Assembly: GCA_028718865.1 (NCBI GenBank)
Contig: JAQUKX010000004.1
Coordinates: 35,753 to 99,752, forward strand
DNA from: Patescibacteria group bacterium
GTDB lineage: Bacteria > Patescibacteriota > Patescibacteriia > UBA1558 > GWA2-36-10
Length of the DNA stretch: 64,000 nt
Direction: 5' to 3'
Shown: positions 29,072 through 37,810 of the stretch, one piece after another
Numbering within the stretch: the stretch's first letter is position 1
Layout of the letters: every line of letters starts with the position of its first letter
Made by a program: the position numbers and the translations under genes
Notes under the pieces: model-generated
Databases searched by the model: none
What the model was told of the DNA's origin: nothing
The model's input: the letters and a program-made list of their open reading frames with translations, nothing else

Positions 29072-30010
29072 TTATCTGGCTATAAAATAAAGTCCCAAAG
29101 CAATCAAAATAATCGCTAATATTTTTTGCCAAACTATTAAGGCCGAATTATCTTCTTTTAATATCTTGGGATTAAATAAAGTAATAAGAAAAGTAAATAC
29201 CAAGATAAAAGCATACTGCAAGCCCTGCAAAGAAGTAACCAGAGCCACCGAACCCAGAGCCACGGCGTAATTCTGCAAAATAGAACCTGCTGCTCCCAAG
29301 CCTTGCGTGCCGAAAAAAATCAAGGGCGATTTTTTGTTTTTCTTTGACTGCTTGAGATCTTTTTTAATTTCTTGGCGCCAATTTTTTTTCAGCAAAAAAA
29401 CCAACACCGCCGCAAAAGTTCCTAGCCTAATCCAAATAAAAGCGCTGCCAAAATCCTGCAGATTATAAGCTTGCTTGCTGGCTGTCCAAAATGAAGCAAA
29501 GAAAAAAGCCGCCACCAAAGATAGAAAGACACTTTGCCATTTTTGAGCCAATTTGATGCCCAGAGCTTTTTTGATTTCCTGCCAGATGCTATGGCGACTG
29601 GATATACTGGCAATCATCAAAGTTCCCAAAACCAGATAATAAATCGCCAGCCACTGAAAAAAACTGAATTTCTCACGGAAAAAAATCAAGGAAAATAAAA
29701 CCACAAAAACCGGCACTGTCCCGCCTACCAGCGTAAAAATTTTGGAAGCATCATTGCCTCGCAAAGCGCTGTACAAAAAGAAAATACCGCCGGCAAAAAG
29801 AGCGCCGGTAAACAGATTGAAGAAAAACAAGCCCCAGCCCGGCCAAGCCAAAAACCAAGGCGCAGCCAAAACCACTATTGCGCCAAAGAGTCCCACCAAA
29901 AAAGCGTAAGTGCGCGGTCCAGGTATCACCTTTTCCACAATAAATTTATCAGCCACATTGACTATGGCCATAAAAAAATAAGCAAAAATTGCCACTATAA
30001 GCCAATTCAT
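29072..30010 (-). CDS. EamA/DMT-like multi-pass membrane transporter
   Basis: 312 aa, about 10 helices in two halves; 4-nt ATGA overlap with upstream OLD-like gene. Confidence 0.5.
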   Translation of the reverse strand: MNWLIVAIFAYFFMAIVNVADKFIVEKVIPGPRTYAFLVGLFGAIVVLAAPWFLAWPGWGLFFFNLFTGALFAGGIFFLYSALRGNDASKIFTLVGGTVPVFVVLFSLIFFREKFSFFQWLAIYYLVLGTLMIASISSRHSIWQEIKKALGIKLAQKWQSVFLSLVAAFFFASFWTASKQAYNLQDFGSAFIWIRLGTFAAVLVFLLKKNWRQEIKKDLKQSKKNKKSPLIFFGTQGLGAAGSILQNYAVALGSVALVTSLQGLQYAFILVFTFLITLFNPKILKEDNSALIVWQKILAIILIALGLYFIAR

Positions 30011-31341
30011 AAATTATCAATTATTTCTTTTATCTCTGACATTATTTTGGATTCAAATTCATTTTTACTAATTAGGCTGGCTGCTCGCAGAGCATTGAGA
30101 GATTTACTGTTATCATTTTGATAACTACGAGGATAATGAGATTCTAACGCTCCTTTGGAAAAAATAAAGATATTATTATTTTTTAATTGGACGACGAGCT
30201 CACTGGAATTAAGCGGCGGCAAGTGAATGCCTAAGTGTTCAGTCAAAGAATCAATGTAGTTATTTTTTAAAGCATCGTTATCTAGCATAATAGCAAAATC
30301 AATGGCAAAAGATCGCAGTAAATCCAAATAAATATTGGTATTGCCTTTGCCGTGAGTTTGGATGACTTTTATTTCCTTTTGACCATGATAAAATCTATCA
30401 ATCAGCCCCCGCATCAGCAGACGATCAGACACCCCTTCCACCAAAAGCACCTTGTCGGCAAAAAACATTTCCAAATTATCAGCGTTTAATTCCTGCAAAA
30501 GACGCTGGTAATTGTTATAAACTTTTTTATCCAGCGTAAAGGCCAAGGTGCTTTTACCTTCTTTGACCACCCGCACCAACTGGGGCAAAGTAGCCGGCGT
30601 AATAAACAAAGGCGAATGCGTGCTGAAAAGTATCTGGCCAGCCCAAGAATTTTGCATGGCCCAAAGCAATTTTTTGATCATGGCCGGATGAAGATGGGTC
30701 TCGGGCTCATCTACCATTACTACGCTATAATTGGGATGAAAAACATAAAGCAGCATAGTAAAAATCCGAAAAAATCCTGAACCCAAGCGATCAATAGTCA
30801 CTCGCCTCTGCCCCTCATACAAGCCATCATGGCCATAGTTGATATCCAGAGCGTTTTCCCTGGCAGAAATCTTGGCAAAATGCCTTTTCAAACTGTCTTT
30901 GAACTTTTCCAAATTGGCCGGATAGCGCTGCAAGCTGTGCCAGTCCATCTCTATTTGCTTGATATCAAAAAAAGCCGCTTCATCCAATCTCTTGACGCTT
31001 GACGATAAAATTATTTTCAAAGACTGATTATAAGCCAATTCTTTTTCCTTAAAAACAATTTTCCTTTCCTGATTTTGCAGAATAAAAACTCCTTCTTTGT
31101 CCGGCAGTTGATGGCGCTTTACTTCTTGCTCGTCAAATTCCAAATAAATTTCCAAATCGGCGTTGGCATAGTATATCTGCTCGTTATCCAGCGCCCCGGA
31201 CAAAGCAAACTCAATGGCATCTAAGACATTGCTCTTGCCGCTGTTGTTCTGGCCGATAAAAACAGCAATCAAAGACAAGTCTATCAGCATAGGCTGCTTG
31301 ATGCTTTTATAGGTATTGATTTTTATTTTTTTTATCAGCAT
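30007..31341 (-). CDS. OLD-family ATP-dependent endonuclease (ABC-type ATPase + Toprim)
   Basis: Walker A GQNNSGKSN; Walker B/D-loop/H-loop VVMVDEPETHLHP; C-terminal Toprim-like LLVEGVSDRLL ... IMLDNDA; start at MLIKKIK (31341) with a 2-nt gap to the upstream gene stop; the 490-aa ORF extension overlaps that gene. Confidence 0.7.
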   Translation of the reverse strand: MLIKKIKINTYKSIKQPMLIDLSLIAVFIGQNNSGKSNVLDAIEFALSGALDNEQIYYANADLEIYLEFDEQEVKRHQLPDKEGVFILQNQERKIVFKEKELAYNQSLKIILSSSVKRLDEAAFFDIKQIEMDWHSLQRYPANLEKFKDSLKRHFAKISARENALDINYGHDGLYEGQRRVTIDRLGSGFFRIFTMLLYVFHPNYSVVMVDEPETHLHPAMIKKLLWAMQNSWAGQILFSTHSPLFITPATLPQLVRVVKEGKSTLAFTLDKKVYNNYQRLLQELNADNLEMFFADKVLLVEGVSDRLLMRGLIDRFYHGQKEIKVIQTHGKGNTNIYLDLLRSFAIDFAIMLDNDALKNNYIDSLTEHLGIHLPPLNSSELVVQLKNNNIFIFSKGALESHYPRSYQNDNSKSLNALRAASLISKNEFESKIMSEIKEIIDNL

Positions 31342-31343
31342 TT

Positions 31344-32699
31344 CTAGAGCAAATGCACATCCTCTACTTCGCTTACCTTGCTGTGGAGCACTAAATTTTC
31401 TATATGGTAAGCGCCCATTTTGGGAGCATCCAAAAATCCTTCTACCGCTGCTTCCGCCAGCCAGCCTGAATCCAGCCAATCAAAAAGCCACTCGTCGACA
31501 TAAGCCGGATCAAGACTATCAACGCCCGAACCAATAGCCAAAAGCCAGCCGCGGTTGTAAATCTCCTGCGAGCCGACCGGCTCGGACATAATAATAGGCA
31601 GTCCCAGGCCAGTATAAAAAGTCAGCTCTGATGGCTTGGTCCATAAAATATCCGTTTTTCTTAAAATTTTGTTAAAAACGGAAAAGTAAGTCATTTTTTC
31701 CTCGGTGTAGATTATCTTTACATTATCGGAATTAAATAAGCCCAGCCTTTTCACTTCGTCCTCAAAATAAGTATAAACATCATTGCGAGTGCCGGCTACT
31801 AGATTGAGTTGGATATCCTTGGCCTTGATATGTTTTTTTAGCTTTTTCAAAATAGTTATACCGATATCGCGCTGCGCGCCAGCGCCGCCGACAGCAAAAG
31901 TGATAGTCAAAGGCCGTTTGGGTTTTTTTATTTTTTTGATTGGACAAAGATAGTCTTCTATCAGCTTGGCGTATTTTTTGCGATAAACACCGCGGGGGTC
32001 TAGATTATATACTCTGTCCGCCAAATCCGCCCGCAAAACCGATTGATCCAAGCCGCCGATATTTTCCGGCGGCAAAGGAAAGCCGGTGATAAAAATATTT
32101 TTCTCCCTGACGCCGTAGAGTTTTAAACGCTCTTTGACTCTTTTGTTGGGTGCCAGATAAATTATCCGGCTCTTGGACGGATTTGGCGGCGCCCAAGCAC
32201 GGGCAATATCGGCATCGCAAACCACTAAATATATCGGTCCTTTGTAATTATAATATTCAGCAAAGTAAGCCGGAACAAAAAAAGTGGTCAAAAAAGGCAA
32301 GGGTTTTTTATTTAGCTCTCTTATTAATTCTCGACCCAGGCCTTTTTTTACTTGATTAAAAAAATAATTCTGCTGGCTGGAATTAGCGGAAAGGTCGCGG
32401 CGCGGGTAAAAAGGCTCAATTTTCTGAAAACTGTCCATAATAGAAAAAGCCGCTGTGCCTAAAAGCGGAACATTTTTGAAACGAGAAATTATTTCATACC
32501 ACTTACGGCCACTTTGCCAAACTCTCTTTTCTCGAGAGTTGATGCCGGGGTAATTATTGGCATTGATAATACCGTGATAAGCTAAGGAGGCAAAAGGATA
32601 AGCCGCTCGCTGATGTCCGTAGCCCATGTCCACCGCCACAACATACATTTTTTCCGCCGGCAGCTTAGATACTCGGGCTTGAAGGGTTTTATTTTTCAT
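31344..32699 (-). CDS. GT-B fold glycosyltransferase, GT28-like (MGDG synthase/UgtP/MurG-like)
   Basis: 451 aa; N-terminal VDMGYGHQRAA (compare GGGH of MGDG synthases), C-terminal ITFAVGGAGAQ ... ILWTKPSELTFYTGLGLPIIMSEPVGSQEIYN resembling GT28 donor-binding domain; no nucleotide-binding P-loop. Confidence 0.5.
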   Translation of the reverse strand: MKNKTLQARVSKLPAEKMYVVAVDMGYGHQRAAYPFASLAYHGIINANNYPGINSREKRVWQSGRKWYEIISRFKNVPLLGTAAFSIMDSFQKIEPFYPRRDLSANSSQQNYFFNQVKKGLGRELIRELNKKPLPFLTTFFVPAYFAEYYNYKGPIYLVVCDADIARAWAPPNPSKSRIIYLAPNKRVKERLKLYGVREKNIFITGFPLPPENIGGLDQSVLRADLADRVYNLDPRGVYRKKYAKLIEDYLCPIKKIKKPKRPLTITFAVGGAGAQRDIGITILKKLKKHIKAKDIQLNLVAGTRNDVYTYFEDEVKRLGLFNSDNVKIIYTEEKMTYFSVFNKILRKTDILWTKPSELTFYTGLGLPIIMSEPVGSQEIYNRGWLLAIGSGVDSLDPAYVDEWLFDWLDSGWLAEAAVEGFLDAPKMGAYHIENLVLHSKVSEVEDVHLL

Positions 32700-32838
32700 T
32701 TATTTTTTATTTTTATTTTCCCCGAGAAGCTTTTTTAATAGCGCAAACTCGGCACTTCTCGACCGGCTTTTTTGCGATGTTTTTTCTTGGCGATTCTTTT
32801 CTTTTTATTCATAAAATAAAAATATAATCAAAAAGAAT

Positions 32839-32859
32839 AAAAGCGTTATTTACGCTTTT
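32839..32859. terminator. intrinsic terminator hairpin (A-tract / T-tract flanked)
   Basis: aAAAGCGTtatttACGCTTTTatt; downstream of minus-strand gene 33061..33561. Confidence 0.5.
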
Positions 32860-33060
32860 ATTATAACATAAAATAGCCTTGAAGCCAAAATTATTTCTTC
32901 AGCAGACGATAAAAAATAAAAATAAAAATCAAGCTATAAAAATAATATTCCAAATTGATCAGACGATGGACTGCTCCTGGCTTCAATATTTCAAAAATCA
33001 CCAAAAGCAGCCAAGCTGTCAGTGCTGTTCTAAAAAAATCTCTAATAATCAAACTAAAAA

Positions 33061-33561
33061 TCATCTGCTAAAAGTTATCTGCCAATTATTTTTCAACACA
33101 GGGCTAAGGTCATCAGATCCCAGCGCCGGTAGGGATAAAATAACCTGTAAAGAATTTCTTTTGAGCTGGGCATTGGTCAAATCAAAACTAATCTCAAAAT
33201 CACTAGACTCAATTTCTCTAAAATCCCAAGAACCGTCTTTTTGCCGCAATCCCAATCTAACTTCCGTCATCTCCATCTCAAAGCTGCCATTGACTATCAT
33301 TGTTTTGAACTTGGTCGGCAAATAAACATCCAGATAAAGAGGCTCGCCCAAAACCAAAATCTGGCCATTGATAAATTCCACTCTAGACTGCGGATACCAG
33401 CCAAAAATATCACGGCTCAAATCATGGCGGAAATCAAGCTGATAAGTCAAATTGCGCCCCAAAACCAAAGATTGGGATAAAATCCAAATTAGCAAAACCG
33501 TAAAAACCGCTAGCCATAAATAACGGAAAAAATAAACAATTTTCTTTTGGCTTATTTCCAT
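33061..33561 (-). CDS. hypothetical N-terminally anchored protein
   Basis: 166 aa; N-terminal TM (YLWLAVFTVLLIWILS) then soluble domain; divergent from the 701-aa membrane protein gene. Confidence 0.5.
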   Translation of the reverse strand: MEISQKKIVYFFRYLWLAVFTVLLIWILSQSLVLGRNLTYQLDFRHDLSRDIFGWYPQSRVEFINGQILVLGEPLYLDVYLPTKFKTMIVNGSFEMEMTEVRLGLRQKDGSWDFREIESSDFEISFDLTNAQLKRNSLQVILSLPALGSDDLSPVLKNNWQITFSR

Positions 33562-33654
33562 GCTTATATTCTACCCTCAAAGACCTGACTCCGTCAAAAA
33601 AATCAAAATCCTTTCCCTTGTATAGTTGAAAAATTATGTTAAAATAAAGCCGTT

Positions 33655-35760
33655 ATGATTAGCTTCAGCCGAGAGCAAAATATTTTGGGCCAATTCGCTC
33701 TAGCCGGCCTGATACTGGGCAATATTTTTATTTTTCAGCTAAAAGCACTGGCCATTATCTTGGCCTTACTTTTTATCTGGCTAAACAGCCGCAAACTGGC
33801 TGATATCTTTGCCGCTGATATCCATCAGGGTTTCAAAAACTTGGTCGGATTTTTGATAATTATAGCTTATATTAGCCTGACCTACACGCTAGCTTATCAC
33901 GTCTATCAGATTGACTTCTGGGTATTTCTTTTTACTTTTTTATCAATACCGATTATTGTCGAGGTTTTTTCTTATTTTAAAAACAGTCGGCACTATTTTC
34001 TAGCCAATTTGAAACTTTCTCCTCCCAGCTTACAGCATCTCCGCCGCAATCTTTTGCCTATTTTGGTCATAGTTTTTGATATTATTCTGCTTGTCGGCTT
34101 ACAAAAAAGCACCAGCATCGGCATTATCCGCTCTCCTTGGGAGCTTTTGGGTCAAAAATTCTGGACTGTTTTCACTTTGAGTAATTTTTTCCTACTCTTA
34201 TCAATCATTGATCAGTCTTCACGCAAAAACATCCTGCTTATTTCTTTTCATTTTTTTGTTTTGGCCAGCATCGGCATTATCCTCTACCCGCTGGGTTTTG
34301 GCTATGATTCTTTTATCCACGCCGCTGTCATTAAAGTAATAGATCAAACTGGCACAATTGAACCGCGTCTTTTTCTCTATATAGGCCAATACGGCCTGAC
34401 CTTTTTCTTTGGTCAGATATTCCAGATTGACCCCTTAGTGGTAAACAAATGGCTGCTGCCTATTATCTTTGCCATTATTTGGCCGGCCAGTGTTTTTTAT
34501 GGCTTACGCTACGGCTTCAAGTGGCCTTTTTCCATCAGTTATCTAGCCAGCTGCTGGAGTCTGGTGATAGGCTTTAACTTTGCCGTCATGACTACCCCTC
34601 AGAATTTAGCTTATGTCTTCGTAGCCATGATGGTTTTTTTGCTGCCTATAATCATCAAAAAAAGCCTGCCCCTTTTCTTCCCTTGGCTGATAAGCGCTAT
34701 GACTATGGCCGTTCATCCTTTGGGCGGTGTGCCTTTATTTTTTCTCAGCGCTTATATCAGCATCTTGCGAATAAAAAAATTCCCCAAGTTGAGAAAAATG
34801 CTTCTGGGCTTAAATTTTTTTGGCGCCCTACTAGGACTACCGCTTTTGTTTGCTATATACCAAAGGCTCAACCACATCAGCTGGCCGGAAATAATCACTC
34901 CTCAAATCGGATCTTTTTTCCGCCTGCCTGATTTCTATTGGCATAACACTTTTAGTTTTCCCTTGGACATGTTCCACAATCTGGCCAATAATTTTTTCTG
35001 GCTGTACTCTATCTTATTCCTGCTTGGCCTGTATTTTATTTACCAAAACAGCAAATATATATTTTTTCAAAGACTGTTTTATCTGCTTTTGGTGATTTTT
35101 GTCAATTATGTCTTGGCAGCTTTGTTTTTGTCATTCAATCTGCAAATCAACTACCAAAAAGACGCTTATCTGGAGCGACTGCTCTATCTGCTGCTAATTG
35201 CTACTCTGCCGGTATTTCTCACTACTTTTTATTTCCTCTGGCAGCATACCCTCAAAACTAAAAAAGCGTTTTTTGGAAAAACCCTGCTTTTGCTCTTGAG
35301 CCTGCTGCTGGTATCAGTGAGCACTTACTTCAGCTACCCAATATACGACCGCTTGGGCAACAGCAAAAGCTTCAATGTCAGCGCTAGCGATCTTAAAACC
35401 GTAATTTTGATAGACCAGCACTCTCAAGGAGAGCCTTATATAGTATTGGCCAATCAAATGGTGGGAGCAGCTGCTATTGATTCCTTTGGCTTTGCCCATT
35501 ATTACAATGACAATTTCTACTACTCCATGCCTCTGGGCAGTGACAATATCTACCAAAATTATCTGGCCATGATAGAGCAAGAAGCCAGCCGCCAAGAAGC
35601 TATAAGTGCCATGGACAAAACTCAAGTTGACCGGCTTTATTTTGTCGTCAATAATTACTGGCATAGCGCTAAACAAGCCATTGCCCAAGCCAGTGTCAGT
35701 GCTGACCAAAAAATACTAGTGGATCAAGGTGTCAATACCATCTTTGTTTACCAAAGATAA
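33655..35760 (+). CDS. hypothetical large polytopic membrane protein with C-terminal soluble domain
   Basis: 701 aa, over 14 hydrophobic segments then about 130-aa hydrophilic tail; only long plus-strand gene in this region. Confidence 0.6.
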   Translation: MISFSREQNILGQFALAGLILGNIFIFQLKALAIILALLFIWLNSRKLADIFAADIHQGFKNLVGFLIIIAYISLTYTLAYHVYQIDFWVFLFTFLSIPIIVEVFSYFKNSRHYFLANLKLSPPSLQHLRRNLLPILVIVFDIILLVGLQKSTSIGIIRSPWELLGQKFWTVFTLSNFFLLLSIIDQSSRKNILLISFHFFVLASIGIILYPLGFGYDSFIHAAVIKVIDQTGTIEPRLFLYIGQYGLTFFFGQIFQIDPLVVNKWLLPIIFAIIWPASVFYGLRYGFKWPFSISYLASCWSLVIGFNFAVMTTPQNLAYVFVAMMVFLLPIIIKKSLPLFFPWLISAMTMAVHPLGGVPLFFLSAYISILRIKKFPKLRKMLLGLNFFGALLGLPLLFAIYQRLNHISWPEIITPQIGSFFRLPDFYWHNTFSFPLDMFHNLANNFFWLYSILFLLGLYFIYQNSKYIFFQRLFYLLLVIFVNYVLAALFLSFNLQINYQKDAYLERLLYLLLIATLPVFLTTFYFLWQHTLKTKKAFFGKTLLLLLSLLLVSVSTYFSYPIYDRLGNSKSFNVSASDLKTVILIDQHSQGEPYIVLANQMVGAAAIDSFGFAHYYNDNFYYSMPLGSDNIYQNYLAMIEQEASRQEAISAMDKTQVDRLYFVVNNYWHSAKQAIAQASVSADQKILVDQGVNTIFVYQR

Positions 35761-35835
35761 AAATAATAAAACAAAAATAAAAAAGAGCTATCCACTATGG
35801 AAAGCCCTTTTTTATTATAATCTCTTCAAAATCAA

Positions 35836-36117
35836 CTATAGTACTGCGTCTTTGCAGGCTTTGGCTACTCGGAATTTGACCACGGTTTTGGCCGGAATAT
35901 TGATGGTCTCACCGGTGGCTGGGTTGCGTCCCTGTCTGGCAGCTCTAGCTTTTTTTACTAGTTTGCCCAATCCAGGAACAGTAAATTCTCCGTTCTTTTT
36001 GACTTCGCTGTAAGCGACGTCAGTCAAAGTGTCCAGCAGAGTAGACACTTCTTTTTTGCTCATGTTGGTCTTTTCGGCCAAGACATTGAGCAACTGTGCT
36101 TTGCTTAGTTTTGCCAT
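35836..36117 (-). CDS. hup: DNA-binding protein HU
   Basis: 93 aa; ...GEFTVPGLGKLVKKARAARQGRNPATGETINIPAKTVVKFRVAKA... HU/IHF arm. Confidence 0.9.
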   Translation of the reverse strand: MAKLSKAQLLNVLAEKTNMSKKEVSTLLDTLTDVAYSEVKKNGEFTVPGLGKLVKKARAARQGRNPATGETINIPAKTVVKFRVAKACKDAVL

Positions 36118-36247
36118 AAGCTTAAGTTTAATTATTTTAATGATTAATTTTCATCAATAAATATAGCACATTTATAAAAGTTTGTGAATATTTGTCAATA
36201 AAAATAGGCTAAAACACATACACATCCCCAAAAAAATGTCAAATTGC

Positions 36248-36283
36248 TAAAAAATTACCCAGCCCCTCGGCTAAGAGGCTGGG
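36248..36283 (-). terminator. intrinsic terminator of GC-rich islet A (minus strand)
   Basis: Minus strand: ACCCAGCCucuuagccgagGGGCUGGGUaauuuuuu, 27 nt below the stop of 36309..36610. Confidence 0.65.
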
Positions 36284-36308
36284 TAAGCTGTCTGCCGCAA
36301 AAAAACGG

Positions 36309-36610
36309 CTAGATCAGGTAGGCGATGTTGTAGCTACAACGAACCGTGTGTCCGTTGACAGCCCCACACTCGTGGCAGGGCTCGGCCGGTTGCTGAGAAC
36401 GGTCATTGGACTGATTACTCTGTTTTTCCTGGCTCATGCTAGCATCTCCTTGGGTTTGTTCCTGAGGGTTGACTGACGCTAAAATAGCGCCTCTTTCTTT
36501 CTTGATTTTCTGCCAACAACTGACAGGGTTGCAAAAAGCTTGTCCGCAATAAAGACAACGCCACTCTCCTTTGGGCAGGCTGCTTTGACAGCCGCTTTTT
36601 TCATCAGACA
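36309..36610 (-). CDS. hypothetical small Cys-rich protein (islet A)
   Basis: 100 aa from internal Met MSDEKSGCQSS...; AGGAGGA SD 5 nt upstream (gcttcAGGAGGAagcttATG); Cys motifs C-x2-C ... C-x4-C and C-x2-C ... C; GC-rich codons unlike the host. Confidence 0.55.
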
Positions 36611-36627
36611 TAAGCTTCCTCCTGAAG

Positions 36628-36876
36628 CTAAATGGCCGTATTGATGCCTCGTGGATCAAAGCCGCCGCCACACATGCAGTAGATGCTATCATCAGGACAG
36701 CGACAATTCTCCCTAAGAATAAAGGCAATGGAATGCTCGTAGCCACGACGGTGGCTTGAATTTGCTCTACAGCGCTCCAACAAAGCGTAGAGACTATCCA
36801 AAATGGCGATTTTGAAAGGTCCGAGGACCGGCCCTTTCTTGGGCTGATGCCTCAAATCAACTGACAACTGACTCAT
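36628..36876 (-). CDS. hypothetical small protein (islet A)
   Basis: 82 aa; SD GGGAGGTAAGGAGCA then ATG; C-terminal CRCPDDSIYCMCGGG; 17-nt gap to the next gene. Confidence 0.5.
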   Translation of the reverse strand: MSQLSVDLRHQPKKGPVLGPFKIAILDSLYALLERCRANSSHRRGYEHSIAFILRENCRCPDDSIYCMCGGGFDPRGINTAI

Positions 36877-37147
36877 TGCTCCTTACCTCCCTGTTGGTTG
36901 AAAAGATGAAAGTGAACCTGGAACTTAGCTAAAATTGAAATGTACTAGCCAAAAAACAACAAAAAAATCGCCTAAGTATTGGCGATTCGCGTTTTGGTGT
37001 TTAGAGGCTTGATTATTATTACCAGCAAAAAGCGACCGCCTAAGGCGAGAGCAAAATAATGCTAATAATGACAATCAAATTTCTAAACATATATTTATCT
37101 TAAATATAATAACATAAAATATAAAAATGTCAAATTAAAAAATGATT

Positions 37148-37180
37148 GAGCGGGCGGAAAGCAGTGCTTTCCGCCCGCTC
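37148..37180 (-). terminator. intrinsic terminator inside islet A
   Basis: Perfect 15-bp GC-rich stem GAGCGGGCGGAAAGC-agt-GCTTTCCGCCCGCTC; on the minus strand it is followed by aaucauuuuuu. Confidence 0.65.
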
Positions 37181-37184
37181 TTGC

Positions 37185-37325
37185 CTAAAAATGACGCTCC
37201 AATCCCTGGAAAAACTGCCGGATGATTTCCTCCTTTCTGGCTTTGGCTTTATTGTCCTCAGAACCGGCCGGCGAAGCCGAAGCAGGCAGATTTTCTCGGC
37301 CGGGAAGCTGATCTCTCGGATTCAC
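37185..37325 (-). CDS. possible 46-aa ORF with GTG start (islet A)
   Basis: GGAGGAgtagtcGTG then NPRDQLPGRENLPASASPAGSEDNKAKARKEEIIRQFFQGLERHF stop; hand-translated, below the ORF-track cutoff. Confidence 0.25.
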   Translation of the reverse strand: MNPRDQLPGRENLPASASPAGSEDNKAKARKEEIIRQFFQGLERHF

Positions 37326-37342
37326 GACTACTCCTCCTCTGC

Positions 37343-37558
37343 TTAAGGAAAAATCCTAGCCAAGCAAGACCGGAGGTCTTGCAGAACAAAGCGCCGGCAC
37401 TCATCGCCGTCGCAGCAGTCAAAAACCATACAGCCACGGCTGTACTCATAGCGAGCTGGCGCTCCGCAATTACTGCAGATTCTGACCTGACCGCTGGCAT
37501 CCAGCTGCGACTTGGGGTTCAACTGGTATTCCCTAGGTTCTTCCCTGTACTTGCTCAT
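37343..37558 (-). CDS. hypothetical small Cys-rich zinc-ribbon-like protein (islet A)
   Basis: 71 aa MSKYREEPREYQLNPKSQLDASGQVRICSNCGAPARYEYSRGCMVFDCCDGDECRRF...; SD gtcAGGAGGagctgacaATG. Confidence 0.55.
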   Translation of the reverse strand: MSKYREEPREYQLNPKSQLDASGQVRICSNCGAPARYEYSRGCMVFDCCDGDECRRFVLQDLRSCLARIFP

Positions 37559-37810
37559 TGTCAGCTCCTCCTGACTGCTTGTGGTTTGTTTGACCCTGAA
37601 TTGAAGAAGACTTCTAGACTTGGATGTGAAAAGAACAATCAAAAAAGGCCGCTTTTAGGCGCCCTTAGTTTCACTATACTCAAATTATCGGATATATGAA
37701 AAAACTAAGTCGCCAAACGACCAATGAAAAAGTAAAAGCTAAAGAATGACGAATTTGATCTTATATCCATAAATAAATCATAACAAAAATAAAAGATAAG
37801 TCAAGCAAAA

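Noticed and set aside
29072-32699. OLD-like gene as part of a two-gene Gabija/PARIS-type system
   Set aside because: The neighbours are a GT28-like glycosyltransferase (no P-loop or helicase motifs) and an EamA-like transporter. No UvrD-like helicase or separate Toprim gene is adjacent, so only a single-gene OLD can be proposed.
32879-33325. 148-aa plus-strand ORF
   Set aside because: It is low-complexity (Q/K/N/S-rich) and overlaps the more protein-like minus-strand gene 33061..33561, which has a clear TM anchor.
37146-37699. ORFs 37146..37346(+), 37258..37500(-), 37379..37699(+) in islet A
   Set aside because: They are alternative frames of a GC-rich stretch, which gives long open frames by chance. 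They lack SD sites. The SD-preceded frames 37343..37558 and 37185..37325 are preferred.
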